This document shows positions 11,729 to 22,592 of a stretch of 64,000 nucleotides of DNA, piece by piece (the first letter of the stretch is position 1; the number at the start of each line of letters is the position of its first letter). The notes under the pieces are model-generated. The model was not told where the DNA came from and did no database searches. It was given only the letters and a program-made list of their open reading frames with translations. Position numbers and translations under genes: made by a program. The DNA comes from Microbacteriaceae bacterium. GTDB taxonomy: Bacteria; Actinomycetota; Actinomycetes; Actinomycetales; Microbacteriaceae. Location of the stretch: assembly GCA_052085045.1 (NCBI GenBank), contig JBQDFB010000003.1, positions 10,391 through 74,390 on the forward strand. The letters are read 5' to 3'.

Positions 11729-12490
11729 TCAGACGCGTCCGCGACGGGCGGCACGGGCGGTGAGCGACGGCGGCAGCACTCGTGTCAGGGCGACGACGAG
11801 CTTGTAGCGCAGTGACGGGACCGACACGGCCTTCCCGCGTGCGGCATCCCGCAGCCCCTCGCGCACGACACCCGGCGCGTTCAGCCAACCGATCGCGGGG
11901 ATGCCCTCGTGACCGGGAGCCAGCCCCATCCGCTCGTGGAAGCTGGTGTGCGTGAAGCCGGGGCACACCGCGGTGACGCTGACGCCGTCCGCCGCATATT
12001 CGGCGTTCGCCCACCGGCTGAAGCCGATCAGCCACTGCTTGCACGCCGAGTACGTCGAGCGCGAGATGAATCCGGCGACGGATGCCACGTTCACGATGCG
12101 CCCTCCGCGACCGCGCATGGCACCCAGGGCCGCGTGCATGAGCCGCATCGGCGTCTCGACGTGGATGCGCAGATGGCGTACCTCGTCATCGATGTCGTTG
12201 TCGGCGAAGTGCAACGGCAGGCCGAACCCGGCGTTGTTGACGAGCAGGTCGATCGGATGCTGCGCGTCGACGATCCGTGCGATCACGGTCGCCACGCCGC
12301 CGTCGGTGACGAGATCCGCGGCGAGCACCTCGACGGCGATGCCGTGGGCGTCGCGCAGCGTGTCAGCCAGCGCCTCGAGCGGTTCTGCGGATCGCGCGAC
12401 GAGCACCAGGTCTGCCCCGCGCTCGGCGAGCTGACGGGCGAACTCCTCGCCGAGCCCCGCACTCGCGCCGGTGATCAGAGCAGTGGGCAT
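11729..12490 (-). CDS. Short-chain dehydrogenase/reductase
   Basis: TGASAGLG, NNAG, YSACK motifs; start MPTALITG. Confidence 0.92.
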   Translation of the reverse strand: MPTALITGASAGLGEEFARQLAERGADLVLVARSAEPLEALADTLRDAHGIAVEVLAADLVTDGGVATVIARIVDAQHPIDLLVNNAGFGLPLHFADNDIDDEVRHLRIHVETPMRLMHAALGAMRGRGGRIVNVASVAGFISRSTYSACKQWLIGFSRWANAEYAADGVSVTAVCPGFTHTSFHERMGLAPGHEGIPAIGWLNAPGVVREGLRDAARGKAVSVPSLRYKLVVALTRVLPPSLTARAARRGRV

Positions 12491-12966
12491 CAGCGCTCGT
12501 ACCCGAGGAACCGGTAGCGGATGCCGGTGCGCGAGGTCTGCCACCCGCCCTCATCCACCAGACGCCACCCGTCTTTGGGCGGGGCATAGGCATCACCGGC
12601 GACGTCGAGGTCGAGCTCGGTGACTTCGAGCCGGTCGGCCTCGCCGATCACCTGCGCGAAGATCTCGGCGCCGCCGATGATCCACACCCGCTCCAGCCCG
12701 CGGACGGCGGTGGGCAGATCGGGCGCACGGCGCGCACCCTCGGCCTCCCAGTCCTGCTTCCGTGTGATGACGATGTTCTCGCGGCCGGGCAGCGGACGGA
12801 ACCGCTCCGGGAGCGAGTCCCAGGTCTTGCGGCCCATCACCACGGGAGCTGTGAGGGTGATCTCCTTGAAGTGCGCGAGGTCCTCGGGCACGTGCCAGGG
12901 CATCCCGCCCTCGGCGCCGATGACACCGCCGGCGGCCTCGGCCCAGATCAGGCCGACCCAGGTCAT
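12490..12966 (-). CDS. folA: Dihydrofolate reductase
   Basis: [36 protein letters not shown]. Confidence 0.95.
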   Translation of the reverse strand: MTWVGLIWAEAAGGVIGAEGGMPWHVPEDLAHFKEITLTAPVVMGRKTWDSLPERFRPLPGRENIVITRKQDWEAEGARRAPDLPTAVRGLERVWIIGGAEIFAQVIGEADRLEVTELDLDVAGDAYAPPKDGWRLVDEGGWQTSRTGIRYRFLGYER

Positions 12967-13772
12967 ACCGCCACCGCCGCGCGGATGGCCGGGTGGTGCT
13001 GGTAGTCCTCGACGACGAAGTCTGAGAACTCGTAGTCGAAGATCGACTCGGGCGTGCGCGCGAATCGCAACGTCGGGTAGGGATACGGATCGCGCGTCAG
13101 CTGCTCGCGCACCTGGTCGACGTGGTTGTCGTAGATGTGGCAGTCGCCGCCGGTCCAGACGAAGTCACCCGGCTCGAGGCCGGTCTGCTGCGCGATCATC
13201 ATCGTCAGCAGCGCGTAGCCGGCGATGTTGAACGGCACGCCGAGGAACATGTCGGCGCTGCGCTGGTAGAGCTGGCACGACAGCCGGCCGTCGGCGACGT
13301 AGAACTGGAACAGCGCGTGGCAGGGGGCGAGCGCCATATCGGGGATGTCGGCGGGGTTCCAGGCCGAGACGATCAGGCGCCGCGAGTCCGGAGTCGCGCT
13401 GATCTGCTCGATGACCTGGGCGAGCTGATCGATATGTCCGCCGTCGGGGGTCGGCCACGACCGCCACTGCACGCCGTAGACCGGCCCGAGCTCGCCGTCG
13501 GCGTCAGCCCACTCGTCCCAGATGGTGACGCCGTTGTCCTGCAGCCACGTCACGTTCGAATCTCCCCGCAGGAACCAAAGCAGCTCGTACGCGATCGATT
13601 TGAAATGCACGCGCTTCGTCGTGATCAATGGGAACCCCCGGGACAGGTCGAACCGGAGTTGGCGGCCGAACACACTGGTCGTCCCGGTGCCGGTACGGTC
13701 ATCCTTTCGGGTGCCGTGCTCCAGCACGTCGCGGAGCAGATCTTCGTACGGCGTGGGGACGGCTGCGCTCAT
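12963..13772 (-). CDS. thyA: Thymidylate synthase
   Basis: [25 protein letters not shown]. Confidence 0.97.
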   Translation of the reverse strand: MSAAVPTPYEDLLRDVLEHGTRKDDRTGTGTTSVFGRQLRFDLSRGFPLITTKRVHFKSIAYELLWFLRGDSNVTWLQDNGVTIWDEWADADGELGPVYGVQWRSWPTPDGGHIDQLAQVIEQISATPDSRRLIVSAWNPADIPDMALAPCHALFQFYVADGRLSCQLYQRSADMFLGVPFNIAGYALLTMMIAQQTGLEPGDFVWTGGDCHIYDNHVDQVREQLTRDPYPYPTLRFARTPESIFDYEFSDFVVEDYQHHPAIRAAVAV

Positions 13773-13841
13773 GCCTGACACGATACCCGGCCTGCGTCAT
13801 GTCGAGGCGGGCGCATCGCCGTCATCCGTTGTCATATCCGA

Positions 13842-13997
13842 GCCGCGTGGTGCACCAACGCCCTATCCTTCGAGGATGCGGCGGGCGTTGTCCTGTCCCG
13901 CTGGGGCGGCGTGCCCGATCGTCGTTCGATCGAGGACGTCATCGCCGCGGTGCCGCGCGGATCGATGCCCGCCGTCCAGGATCAGGAGCAGTCATGA
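13842..13997 (+). pseudogene. Possible remnant of a thioredoxin-like gene
   Basis: Frame without a clear start: AAWCTNALSFEDAAGVVLSRWGGVPDRRSIEDVIAAV...* whose TGA overlaps the next ATG (ATGA). Confidence 0.4.
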
Positions 13998-14569
13998 CCA
14001 GCACCGCAGGCATCGATCCGCGCGGACCGCGTTTCGCGGCCGCGATCACCTCCGTGCTGCTGCTCGTCGCTCTCGTGCTGAGCCTGGTCGGCCTGTCTAC
14101 GGCGCAGGTCGCGACTTTCGGGTGGTTCGCCTATCAACCTCTCGCCGATGCCGCCTTCGTGCCGGGCGGAGTCTGGGCGATCACGCAAGCGACGGTCGTG
14201 GAGCGCCTCCTCGATTTCGGCTTCCTTGCCCTTCTCGTGATCGCGCTGCTGTTCCTATGGGGCGTCGTGTCGCCGCCGACCGCACCGTGGGGCGTCATCT
14301 TCCGGCGGTTCATCCACCCGCGCCTTCCCGCGCCCACCGAGCTCGAGGATCCGCGCCCGCCGCGCTTCGCACAGGGTGTCGGTCTCGCGGTGGTCACGAT
14401 CGGGCTCGTTCTGCATCTGATCGGCGTTCCGCTCGCTCTGCCGATCGCAGCCGGGGCAGCATTCATAGCCGCTTTCCTGAACGCCGCGTTCGCCTTCTGC
14501 CTGGGTTGCCAGATCTATCTGCTGCTGCAGCGCGCCGGTGTCACCGGCACCTCTCCGAACGCCACCTGA
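13994..14569 (+). CDS. DUF4395 family membrane protein
   Basis: IDPRGPRFAA, EDPRPPRFAQGVG, AFLNAAFAFCLGCQIY. Confidence 0.88.
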   Translation: MTSTAGIDPRGPRFAAAITSVLLLVALVLSLVGLSTAQVATFGWFAYQPLADAAFVPGGVWAITQATVVERLLDFGFLALLVIALLFLWGVVSPPTAPWGVIFRRFIHPRLPAPTELEDPRPPRFAQGVGLAVVTIGLVLHLIGVPLALPIAAGAAFIAAFLNAAFAFCLGCQIYLLLQRAGVTGTSPNAT

Positions 14570-14639
14570 GCGGGCGGTTCCCCACACGCACTCCGGTCGA
14601 TAGGCTGGCCGCACACCCCGCCACGACTCTGGAGGAAAC

Positions 14640-15065
14640 ATGCCTGTCACCAGCGAAGCCACCACCACTTGGAACGGTTCCCTGATGGAGGGGTCGGGCA
14701 ACGTCGCCTTCTCCTCGTCGAACCTCGGCACGTTCCCGATCGATTGGAAGGCGCGCAGCGAAGGCTCTGACACGACGACCACCCCGGAAGAGCTCATCGC
14801 CGCCGCGCACTCGTCGTGCTTCAGCATGGCGCTCTCGAATGCTCTCGCCGACAACGGCACACCCCCGGAGCGCGTCAACACGACCGCGTCGGTGACGTTC
14901 AAGCCGGGCGTCGGCATCACCGGCAGCCATCTGAATGTGAACGCATCCGTGCCCGGTCTCACGCCCGAGCAGTTCCAGGAGATCGCCGAAGGCGCGAAGA
15001 CCGGTTGCCCGGTCTCGGCTGCGCTGGCCGGCGTCGACATCACTCTTGAGGCGACCCTCGCCTGA
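14640..15065 (+). CDS. osmC: OsmC family peroxiredoxin
   Basis: TTPEELIAAAHSSCFSMAL and AKTGCPVS (two catalytic Cys). Confidence 0.92.
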   Translation: MPVTSEATTTWNGSLMEGSGNVAFSSSNLGTFPIDWKARSEGSDTTTTPEELIAAAHSSCFSMALSNALADNGTPPERVNTTASVTFKPGVGITGSHLNVNASVPGLTPEQFQEIAEGAKTGCPVSAALAGVDITLEATLA

Positions 15066-15083
15066 GCCGTACGAAGGCCGGGA

Positions 15084-15527
15084 TCAGCTCCCGGCCTTCG
15101 CGAGCCGGATCGCGTCGCGGATGCTGGCGCGGGCGTCCTTGCGTCGCCCCGCGGCATCCTGAACCACGCCGAGCCGGTAACGGGCACGCCAATCGTCGGC
15201 GGCGGCATCGGCTTCGGCCGTGTAGCGCTGCACAAGCGGTTCGGCGTCCGCCTTCGCGAGTCGGCCGCTCGGCGTGAGTTCGGTCTCAGCGGCGGGCATG
15301 CCGCCTTCGGCATCCAACCGCGATCCCAGTCGATCGGCCTGGATGCCGAACTGAATCTCGCGCACCAGCGCCCAGGCGCCGATCAGCGGCAGCACGATGA
15401 GCGCGACGCCCATGGCGATCCCGATGGGCTCGCCGCTGGTGAGGTAGAGATACGCCCACTGGCCGGTGAGAACGAAGTAGAGGGCCAGGCAGAGTCCGAC
15501 GACGATGACGCCGACGCGTGCCATCAC
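15084..15527 (-). CDS. Conserved membrane protein with C-terminal TPR-like helix
   Basis: Two TM segments then DWRARYRLG..QDAAGRRKDAR; typical gene downstream of dapB in actinobacteria. Confidence 0.8.
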   Translation of the reverse strand: MMARVGVIVVGLCLALYFVLTGQWAYLYLTSGEPIGIAMGVALIVLPLIGAWALVREIQFGIQADRLGSRLDAEGGMPAAETELTPSGRLAKADAEPLVQRYTAEADAAADDWRARYRLGVVQDAAGRRKDARASIRDAIRLAKAGS

Positions 15528-16270
15528 GAGCGCGCCTGGATCCCGATGTCGATCATGTTCTCGATGCCCACGACGATGCCCCGGGCGTCGAGGGCGAACG
15601 GGACAGCCAGGCGGATGCCGGGGGCATACGCCTGTGCGGAGACCACGGTGTCGTGGGTGATGGTGAGGGACTCGCCGGGGCCGGACAGGATCACGTCCTG
15701 CCGGGCGATCACACCGGGGCGTCGGAGCGAGTGCACCGGGACGCTCGAGACCTGCTGACCGCGGGCGCGCTGATCAGCATGCGGGGCGCTGACCGGACCC
15801 TGCTCGGAACGCGATGCCGCGATGAGCTCGGCCGTGCGCACCGCCGTGCCGCTGGGCGAATCGATCTTCGTGTCACGGTGCGCCTCGACGATCTCCGCCG
15901 AGGAGAAGAACGGTGCGGCGGCGGCGGCCAGCGCCGATCCCAGCACAGACCCCAGCGAGAAGTTCGGGACGAACACGGCACCGGTTCCCGCCGCTTCGAC
16001 GAGGGGACGCATCAACGCGATCCGCTCTGCTGACCAACCGGAGGTGCCGACGAGCACGTTGATGCCGCGCTCGACGGCGGCGCGCACGACATCCACGCTC
16101 ACCTGTGGAGTCGAGGCGTCCACGACCAGGTCGGCGCCGTCGAGCTCACTCAACTCGCTGGAAGAGGTCAGTGAGCGCGCGACCTCGAATCCGTCCAACT
16201 CATCGATCACCTGCGCGATGATCGTTCCCAGCTTGCCGGACCCGCCGACGAGTGCCACCTTCTTGGTCAT
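15524..16270 (-). CDS. dapB: 4-hydroxy-tetrahydrodipicolinate reductase
   Basis: GGSGKLG, VGTSG, PNFSLG, EAHRDTKIDSPSGTA. Confidence 0.94.
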   Translation of the reverse strand: MTKKVALVGGSGKLGTIIAQVIDELDGFEVARSLTSSSELSELDGADLVVDASTPQVSVDVVRAAVERGINVLVGTSGWSAERIALMRPLVEAAGTGAVFVPNFSLGSVLGSALAAAAAPFFSSAEIVEAHRDTKIDSPSGTAVRTAELIAASRSEQGPVSAPHADQRARGQQVSSVPVHSLRRPGVIARQDVILSGPGESLTITHDTVVSAQAYAPGIRLAVPFALDARGIVVGIENMIDIGIQARS

Positions 16271-16302
16271 GTGTCCAGTCTATGCACGTGCCCGACCCCG
16301 TC

Positions 16303-16905
16303 TCAGACCGGCATCTGCTCGGGGAGACCGGTGCGCAGCTCTACCGGCAGATGGGCCAGATCGTTGTGTGTGAGCAGCGTCCACGGTCTGCCGGGCTTCT
16401 GGGCGATGACGGTCAGACCGCAGTTGGCCTGATTCAGCGTCATCCATCGCCAGTCCGGAGCACCGAGCACCTCGCGGACGAACCAGGACACGACGAAGTT
16501 GTGCGTGATGAGCACGTCATGCACCTCGCCCTGCTTGCGGATGAGGAACTCGTTCATCGCATCCGCCATCTGCGCGCGTCCCGCCTCGACATCGGCATCC
16601 GTCAGCGCGCCGAAGAACGGCTCATAGACCGCCGGGGTCTCGTCGGTCATACCGGTGGGAACGCAGTCGAACAGCAGCGCAGAGGGCACCGGGGTGATCG
16701 CGGGAAGCCGTTCAGCGATCGTGCGCGCCGTCTCGGTGGCACGGATCAGCGGTGAATGCCACACAGCGTCCAGCGGCAGACCGGAGAGCCGGTCGGCGAT
16801 CAGCTCGGCCTGGCGCACGCCTCGAGGAGAGAGAGGGCCATCATCGAGACCGTGCTCTGCATCTCGCTGCTCACCGTGTCTGACCAGATAGATGTAATGC
16901 GTCAC
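16303..16905 (-). CDS. Histidine phosphatase family protein
   Basis: LVRHGE, SPLIRATET, LITH motifs. Confidence 0.9.
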   Translation of the reverse strand: MTHYIYLVRHGEQRDAEHGLDDGPLSPRGVRQAELIADRLSGLPLDAVWHSPLIRATETARTIAERLPAITPVPSALLFDCVPTGMTDETPAVYEPFFGALTDADVEAGRAQMADAMNEFLIRKQGEVHDVLITHNFVVSWFVREVLGAPDWRWMTLNQANCGLTVIAQKPGRPWTLLTHNDLAHLPVELRTGLPEQMPV

Positions 16906-16972
16906 AACCCACTCACTTCGTCGTCGTCGGCTCTCGCCACAGTGTCATTCCACCCTATCGGGAGGGTGCGAC

Positions 16973-17998
16973 TCAGTTTCCGGCGCGGGTCAGCTCGGCG
17001 ATGTGAGCCTGCGAGAGCACGACGCCCGCGCCCTGCATGAGCTCATCGACGTGCTCGATGGCGAAGCTGTTGACGATGGGGGCGACGATGCTGCGCTGTG
17101 CGAGCAGCCAGGCGATCGATACGGCCGCCACGGGCGCGTCGAGCTCTGCAGCGATCTGATCGAGCACGCGCAGGATGCGGATGCCGCGACGGTTGAGATG
17201 CCCGCGCAGCTGCTCGCCGCGCACTCCGCGCGAGACATGAGCCTTGCTGCGATGCCGGCCGGAGAGGAACCCATGCTCCAGCGCGTGCGACGGCGTGACC
17301 GCGAGACCCTGCGCGCCGGCGACGAGCCGGAGATCGCCCTCGAAAGCCTCACGCCGCAGAAGGTTGTACGGCTCGTCGAGCACCTCCAGGCGCGGATACC
17401 CAGCCGAGGAGAGGATGCGCGCTTCGACCAGCTGCTCCGGCGCGAACCCGAATGCGCCCACCATGCCGACCTTGCCGGCATCGCGCAGCCAGTCGACGGT
17501 CGACAGGGTGTCCTCGACGTCGGTGGTGTGGTCGAGAGTGGCGTCCAGGTACATCACGTCCAGCCGCTCGACGCCGAGGCGGGTGAGTGACGCCTCGACG
17601 GCGCGGACCAGGTTCGTCGCCCCGAGCCCGGGGTTGTCGGCGTGGGAGCCGATGCGTACACCGAGCACGATGCGCTCGCGGAATCCGCGGGAGCGCAGCC
17701 ACTGGCCGATGATGTGCTCGCTGCGGCCGCCCGAGAAGCCGTCGGCGGTGTGGATGGCGTTGCCGCCGAATTCGACGTACCGGTCGAGGATCGCGTGGCT
17801 GGTCTCGAGATCGACGTTCCAGCCGAACTCGGCAGCACCGAGCATGAGCGGGAAGGTCTGCAGCTCGCCGTCTCCGAGCGGAATCCGAATGTTCTCCCCC
17901 ACTCCCGGCCCGACGACGGGGATCGGAGCGGACGGATGCTCGGCGGCCGCATGGGCGCGTGCGGACGGCTCTGCTGTTCCCGTTCCGAACAATCGCAT
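16973..17998 (-). CDS. Aldo/keto reductase-fold protein (catalytic residues degenerate)
   Basis: GGNAIHTADGFSGGRSEHIIGQWL, EASLTRLG, YNLLRR; start uncertain. Confidence 0.82.
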   Translation of the reverse strand: MRLFGTGTAEPSARAHAAAEHPSAPIPVVGPGVGENIRIPLGDGELQTFPLMLGAAEFGWNVDLETSHAILDRYVEFGGNAIHTADGFSGGRSEHIIGQWLRSRGFRERIVLGVRIGSHADNPGLGATNLVRAVEASLTRLGVERLDVMYLDATLDHTTDVEDTLSTVDWLRDAGKVGMVGAFGFAPEQLVEARILSSAGYPRLEVLDEPYNLLRREAFEGDLRLVAGAQGLAVTPSHALEHGFLSGRHRSKAHVSRGVRGEQLRGHLNRRGIRILRVLDQIAAELDAPVAAVSIAWLLAQRSIVAPIVNSFAIEHVDELMQGAGVVLSQAHIAELTRAGN

Positions 17999-18123
17999 CC
18001 TCACCACCCCCGGGTGCGCACCCCCCGGTGCGTACTTCGAGGGTAAGGGAGAAGAGCCACGTCCCCGTCCATTGCCGCTAACGAGAGAGGAACTTCCCAT
18101 AACGTTTCGGTCACAGTACACAT

Positions 18124-18172
18124 GCAGAAGGCCCAGATCCCGCCCCTCACGGGTGGAATCCGGGCCTTCTGC
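18124..18172 (-). terminator. Stem-loop downstream of pnp
   Basis: GCAGAAGGCCC...GGGCCTTCTGC inverted repeat right after the pnp stop. Confidence 0.7.
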
Positions 18173-18178
18173 GTGAGC

Positions 18179-20455
18179 TTACGCCTCGGCGGTCTCCGCC
18201 TCAGCGGACTCCGCGGGCGCCTCGGCGTCGTCGAGCACGGGCTCGAGCGAGAGCTTGCCGCGGTCATCGATCTTCGTGATCTTCACGAGGATCTTCTGAC
18301 CGACCGAGAGAACGTCGTCGACGTTCTCGACACGCTTGCCACCGGCGAGCTTGCGCACCTCGGTGACGTGCAGCAGGCCGTCCTTGCCGGGCAGCAGCGA
18401 GATGAAGGCGCCGAAGGACGCGATCTTCACGACGGTGCCCAGGAACTGCTCGCCGACCTCGGGGTTGGTGGGGTTGGCGATCGCGTTCACCTGAGCACGA
18501 GCCGCCTCGGCCGAGGGGCCGTCGGTCGCGCCGATGTAGACGGTGCCGTCCTCCTCGATGGAGATCTGCGCGCCGGTCTCGTCCTGGATCGCGTTGATCG
18601 TCTTGCCCTTCGGGCCGATCAGTTCGCCGATCTTGTCGACCGGGATGTGCACGCTGATGACGCGCGGCGCGGTGGGCGCCATCTCGTCCGGAGCATCGAT
18701 CGCGGAGTTCAGGACGTTCAGGATGGTCAGACGAGCATCCTTGGCCTGCGTCAGCGCACCGGAGAGCACATCGGTGGGGATGCCGTCGAGCTTCGTGTCG
18801 AGCTGGATGGCAGTGATGAACTCACCGGTTCCTGCGACCTTGAAGTCCATGTCGCCGAGGGCGTCTTCAGCGCCGAGGATGTCGGTCAGGGCGGCGTAGC
18901 GCGTCTGTCCGTCGACCTCGTCGGTGACCAGACCCATCGCGATTCCGGCAACGGCCGCGCGCAGCGGCACGCCCGCGTTCAGCAGCGACAGGGTCGAGGC
19001 GCACACCGAGCCCATCGACGTCGATCCGTTCGAGCTGAGGGCCTCGGACACCTGGCGGATCGCGTAGGGGAACTCCTCGCGGCTGGGCAGCACCGGCATG
19101 AGCGCGCGCTCGGCGAGGAAGCCGTGCCCGATCTCACGCCGCTTCGGCGACCCGACGCGGCCGGTCTCACCGGTCGAGTAGGGCGGGAAGTTGTAGTGGT
19201 GCATGTAGCGCTTGGACGTGGTGGGCGACAGCGAGTCGATCTGCTGCTCCATCTTCAGCATGTTCAGCGTGGTGACGCCCATGATCTGAGTCTCACCGCG
19301 CTGGAAGATGGCCGAGCCGTGCACGCGCGGGATGACCTGCACCTCTGCGTCCAGCGGACGGATGTCGGCGAGACCGCGGCCGTCCATGCGGACGCCCTCG
19401 GAGAGGATGCGCCCACGGACGATGCCCTTGGTGACGGACTTGTACGCACCGGACACCTCGCCGGCGGCGGAGGCGGGCAGCGTGCCGGCTTCGATCGCCG
19501 CGGCGACCTCTGCCTTGACGCGGTCCTTGACCTCGTCATCAGCGGTCTGACGCTCCTGCTTGTCGGCGATCTGGTAGACCTTCTCGAGGTCGGCCGTGGC
19601 AGACGCTGCGACGAAGTCGAAGGTGGCCTGCTCGTAAGCCGGGAAGACCGGGTAGACGCCGAGCTCCTTCGAGGAGTGCGCTGCCATCTCGGCCTGCGCC
19701 TGGACGAGCTGCTTCAGGAACGGCTTCGCGGCTTCGAGGCCAGCGGCCACCACGTCTTCGCTGGGCTTGACGGCGCCGCCCTTGATGAGGTTCCAGCTGT
19801 TCTCGGTGGCTTCGGCCTCGACCATCATGATGGCGACGTCTTCAGAGCCGTCGTCCTTCTTGACGACACGGCCGGCAACCATGAGGTCGAACACGGCCTC
19901 GTCGACCTGAGCCTCGTTCGGGAACGCCACCCACTGGTCGGCGTGCTCGCCCTGACCGGGGATGAGCGCGAGACGGACGCCGGCGATGGGGCCGGAGAAC
20001 GGCAGACCCGAGATCTGCGTCGACGCGGATGCGGCGTTGATCGCGAGAGCGTCGTAGAACTCGCCGGGGGCGATCGACAGCACGGTGATGACGATCTGGA
20101 CCTCGTTGCGCAGGCCGTCGACGAACGACGGACGCAGCGGACGGTCGATCAGACGGCACACCAGGATCGCCTCGGTCGAGGGGCGGCCCTCACGACGGAA
20201 GAACGAACCGGGTATCTTGCCTGCTGCGTACGAGCGCTCTTCGACGTCGACGGTCAGCGGGAAGAAGTCGAATCCTTCGCGCGGGTGCTTGCCCGCGCTG
20301 GTTGCGGAGAGAAGCATCGTCTCTCCATCGAGGTAAGCCGCAACCGATCCCTGGGCCTGCTGAGCGAGGCGACCGGTTTCGAAGCGGACAGTGCGGGTGC
20401 CGAAGCGGCCGTTGTCGAGAACGGCCTCGGCGGCGGTGATTTCAGGACCTTCCAA
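18179..20455 (-). CDS. pnp: Polyribonucleotide nucleotidyltransferase
   Basis: [28 protein letters not shown] and S1 domains; TTG start at LEGPEI after GAAGGAG. Confidence 0.97.
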   Translation of the reverse strand: MEGPEITAAEAVLDNGRFGTRTVRFETGRLAQQAQGSVAAYLDGETMLLSATSAGKHPREGFDFFPLTVDVEERSYAAGKIPGSFFRREGRPSTEAILVCRLIDRPLRPSFVDGLRNEVQIVITVLSIAPGEFYDALAINAASASTQISGLPFSGPIAGVRLALIPGQGEHADQWVAFPNEAQVDEAVFDLMVAGRVVKKDDGSEDVAIMMVEAEATENSWNLIKGGAVKPSEDVVAAGLEAAKPFLKQLVQAQAEMAAHSSKELGVYPVFPAYEQATFDFVAASATADLEKVYQIADKQERQTADDEVKDRVKAEVAAAIEAGTLPASAAGEVSGAYKSVTKGIVRGRILSEGVRMDGRGLADIRPLDAEVQVIPRVHGSAIFQRGETQIMGVTTLNMLKMEQQIDSLSPTTSKRYMHHYNFPPYSTGETGRVGSPKRREIGHGFLAERALMPVLPSREEFPYAIRQVSEALSSNGSTSMGSVCASTLSLLNAGVPLRAAVAGIAMGLVTDEVDGQTRYAALTDILGAEDALGDMDFKVAGTGEFITAIQLDTKLDGIPTDVLSGALTQAKDARLTILNVLNSAIDAPDEMAPTAPRVISVHIPVDKIGELIGPKGKTINAIQDETGAQISIEEDGTVYIGATDGPSAEAARAQVNAIANPTNPEVGEQFLGTVVKIASFGAFISLLPGKDGLLHVTEVRKLAGGKRVENVDDVLSVGQKILVKITKIDDRGKLSLEPVLDDAEAPAESAEAETAEA

Positions 20456-20591
20456 GAGGTCTCTCCTTCTTTGTTTAGGCTCGTCCGTCCGTGTGACGGC
20501 CGAGATCGTACGTACCCGTGCGCACGAGCGCACGCGGACTGCGCACAGCAATCCAGTTTCAGCCTATCAGCGCAGCGCTCAACATCCCGCG

Positions 20592-22532
20592 TCAGGGCAC
20601 CTCGACACTGCGCATGCTCGAGGAGCGTCCGATGTACACGTAGTCGTCGTGCTTGGCGACCCGCCCGTCGCCGGCGACACGGCCGCGCATGCGGCGCCAT
20701 ACCCACGGCAGGGCGTGCTCGCGCCACCACACCGTTCTGCTCGTGGCATCGACGTCGTGCAGCACCTGGTCCAGCGCCCCGAGCGTCTCGGCATGAGGAA
20801 CGCCGAGCAGGTCACCGGCGCAGTACGCCAAGAACCGATGCCCCCGGCTGCCCAGGTGCACGAGGTCCTCGCCCCAGTTCGGGCGCGAGGCGAGAGCGGG
20901 GTGCAGGTCGGTGTCGAGCAGGATCGCCCCGTGACGCTCGGCGATCGACGCGAGCGCGCTGGCGAATGTCGCGAATCGGGCGGTGAACAGGCGTGCGGCA
21001 CGACGCTCCGGAAGGAACGGCGTGACCAGCAGCACGTCGGCACCGTCCTCGCGGAGCACCCGCACCGTCTCATCGACGCGGGCGGCCAGCGCCGGCACGT
21101 CGGCGTGCGATTTCACCAGGTCGTTCGCGCCGATGAGGATCGACACGAGATCCGGTCGCAGCTCGCGTGCTCTGGCGAGCTGGTCGCCGTGCACGTCGCG
21201 GACCCGCCGCGAACGGACGGCGAGGTTGGCGTAGTGGATGCCGCCGCGCGCGGACAGCAGCAGGGCGAGCCGATCTGCCCACCCGCGGAGAGCGCCGTCG
21301 GGCGCGGGATCGCAGAGCCCCTCGGTGAGCGAATCGCCGAGGGCGACGAAACGCTGCCAGCGCTTCGGCCCGACCGCCCGCGAGGGCTCCGGTCTGCGAA
21401 CGCGCGCGGCCCGCAGACCTCGATCGACGAGGTGCAGCCCGCGCGCCTCATCGAAGTGACCGAGCAGCTGATCGCACACGGCCTGCCAGCTGCGCCCCTC
21501 GACGGCTGTGCGCCCCGCTACACCGAAGGCGCGGCGCTTGCGGGCATCTCCCGCGAGGTCGGCGACCCGCATGTGCAGGTCGTCGAGATCCCCCGGCCGG
21601 TACAACCAACCGTCGATGCCCATGCGGATCAGGTCGAGCGGGCCGCCGCGACCGGTGGCCACGATCGGCACGCCGCTGGCGTGTGCCTCCTGCAGCGTCT
21701 GCCCGAACGTCTCGCTCTCGCCGGGGTGCACGAAGATGTCGAAGGACGCCATGGCCCTGGCGAGTTCGTCGCCGTCCAGGTGCCCGAGGAACACCGCATC
21801 CGGCATGAGCGCCTGCAGGCGTGCGCGCGACGGCCCGTCTCCGACGATGACGAGGCGGATCCCGGGTGTACCGTGCAGCACGCGCAGATCTTCGACCTGC
21901 TTCTCGGCTGCGAGTCGGCCGACGTAGCCGACGATGACCTCGTCGGGCGCTGCGTGCGGCCACTGCTCGTCGCGGACGCCGGGGTGGAAGCGCTCGGCGT
22001 CCACGCCCCGCCCCCAGCGCCGGATGCGGTCGACGCCGAGACCGGTGAGCTGCTGCTCGGACTCTGACGAGGGAGCCAGGGTGAGCGTTGCCCGGCGATG
22101 CAGACGGAGGATGTGGTTCTGCGCGAAGTTCGTCGTCGCCGCGACCCGGTACCGCTCGGTGTAGGCGGCGACGTCGGTCTGGTAGGCGGCCACGGACGGG
22201 ATCCCGAGACGCCCCGCGGCGAGAACGCCCCGCCAGCCGAGCGCGAAGGGCGAGGCGAGATGGACGACGTCGGGCCGGACCCGCGACAGTGACTCCGCGA
22301 CGCGATGGGTCGTGGCGGCGCCGACACGCACATTGCGGTATCCGGGAAGAGCGAGGCTCGCCACCGGCTCGATCGTCGATCCGTGCATCTCGGTCGGAAT
22401 GCCGACGGCATCCGGGGCGATCACGTGGGCATCGTGCCCCGTGCGTTCGAGGTGTCGCAGGATCTGCAGCACAGATCCGGTCACACCGTTCATGTGCGGC
22501 AGGAAGGATTCGGTCACGATCGCGACTCTCAC
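20592..22532 (-). CDS. GT4 glycosyltransferase fused to SGNH/GDSL hydrolase
   Basis: VTESFLPHMNGV, YVGRLAAEK, ETFGQTLQEA (GT4) followed by ALGDSLTEG, GAND, DLVH (SGNH). Confidence 0.88.
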   Translation of the reverse strand: MRVAIVTESFLPHMNGVTGSVLQILRHLERTGHDAHVIAPDAVGIPTEMHGSTIEPVASLALPGYRNVRVGAATTHRVAESLSRVRPDVVHLASPFALGWRGVLAAGRLGIPSVAAYQTDVAAYTERYRVAATTNFAQNHILRLHRRATLTLAPSSESEQQLTGLGVDRIRRWGRGVDAERFHPGVRDEQWPHAAPDEVIVGYVGRLAAEKQVEDLRVLHGTPGIRLVIVGDGPSRARLQALMPDAVFLGHLDGDELARAMASFDIFVHPGESETFGQTLQEAHASGVPIVATGRGGPLDLIRMGIDGWLYRPGDLDDLHMRVADLAGDARKRRAFGVAGRTAVEGRSWQAVCDQLLGHFDEARGLHLVDRGLRAARVRRPEPSRAVGPKRWQRFVALGDSLTEGLCDPAPDGALRGWADRLALLLSARGGIHYANLAVRSRRVRDVHGDQLARARELRPDLVSILIGANDLVKSHADVPALAARVDETVRVLREDGADVLLVTPFLPERRAARLFTARFATFASALASIAERHGAILLDTDLHPALASRPNWGEDLVHLGSRGHRFLAYCAGDLLGVPHAETLGALDQVLHDVDATSRTVWWREHALPWVWRRMRGRVAGDGRVAKHDDYVYIGRSSSMRSVEVP

Positions 22533-22592
22533 GATGTCAGGATGCCCGGCGATTCGCCCTCTCCCGCGCCACGACGACCCGAGGTACCGAGA

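Noticed and set aside
18122-20986. 954-aa plus-strand ORF
   Set aside because: Antisense to pnp; shadow ORF
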